DNA of 52,116 nt from Candidatus Methanofastidiosum methylothiophilum (GTDB lineage Archaea; Methanobacteriota_B; Thermococci; Methanofastidiosales; Methanofastidiosaceae). Positions 52,108 to 52,116 of the stretch are shown here, piece by piece; the stretch's first letter is position 1, and each line of letters starts with the position of its first letter. Position numbers and translations under genes: made by a program. Below the pieces are notes generated by a model, which worked only from the letters and a program-made list of their open reading frames with translations, did not search any database and was not told the DNA's origin. Location of the stretch: contig LNGD01000001.1 of assembly GCA_001587675.1 (NCBI GenBank), forward strand, positions 1 to 52,116, written 5' to 3'.

Positions 52108-52116
52108 CTTGTAGGC

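Noticed and set aside
1-52116. Search by eye for tRNA, rRNA, SRP/RNase P RNA, C/D-box sRNAs, CRISPR repeats, IS elements and integrases.
   Set aside because: No intergenic segment is GC-rich or long enough for a structured RNA; the longest gaps are 130-200 nt of almost pure A/T. There are no regularly spaced direct repeats and no transposase- or integrase-like ORFs. A weak AUGAUGC near 4353 has no matching D box.

Overview
AT-rich (about 30% GC by eye), very densely packed archaeal chromosome segment. Archaeal identity rests on the conserved L39e-L31e-eIF6-LX-prefoldin-alpha block, deoxyhypusine synthase, ABCE1, pantoate kinase, phosphopantothenate synthetase and a Methanococcales/Thermococcales-type S-layer protein. 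I call 55 protein-coding loci (one is a frameshifted pseudogene, one runs off the 5' edge, and L39e is missing from the ORF track), plus a few regulatory elements. I found no tRNA, rRNA or other GC-rich structured RNA, no CRISPR array, and no transposase or integrase. Most of the content is housekeeping: ppsA, hom-FAH-asd, coaBC, birA, the Lhr helicase with its phosphoesterase partner, polyprenyl synthase, a Tes-like radical SAM and rtcA. This is interleaved with many surface and envelope proteins (FG-GAP propeller, four COG1361/CARDB-like paralogs, a Cys-rich S-layer paralog, a split MMPL/RND exporter). Nearly all genes have a GGTG(A)-type Shine-Dalgarno element 3-5 nt before the start, and I used this to shorten many ORF-track starts. 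The observations most worth a second look are these. (1) A four-gene operon (flavodoxin-like, pantoate kinase, phosphopantothenate synthetase, HPS-RraA fusion) lies divergent from coaBC; it suggests the HPS-RraA fusion and the flavodoxin-like protein may supply the upstream ketopantoate/pantoate steps. (2) The HPS-RraA gene appears to start at an ATT codon placed directly after the preceding stop with perfect SD geometry. (3) A 600-aa AAA ATPase has a coiled coil, an apparent double OB domain and AAA-domain motifs that match actinobacterial ARC/Mpa rather than archaeal PAN, and it ends in an acidic helix plus GGQ-I, which is reminiscent of Pup. (4) A PadR-headed five-gene envelope operon has a palindromic operator candidate. 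(5) An MNT-HepT toxin-antitoxin pair is decayed in both genes. All family assignments come from motif recognition by eye, with no searches run.
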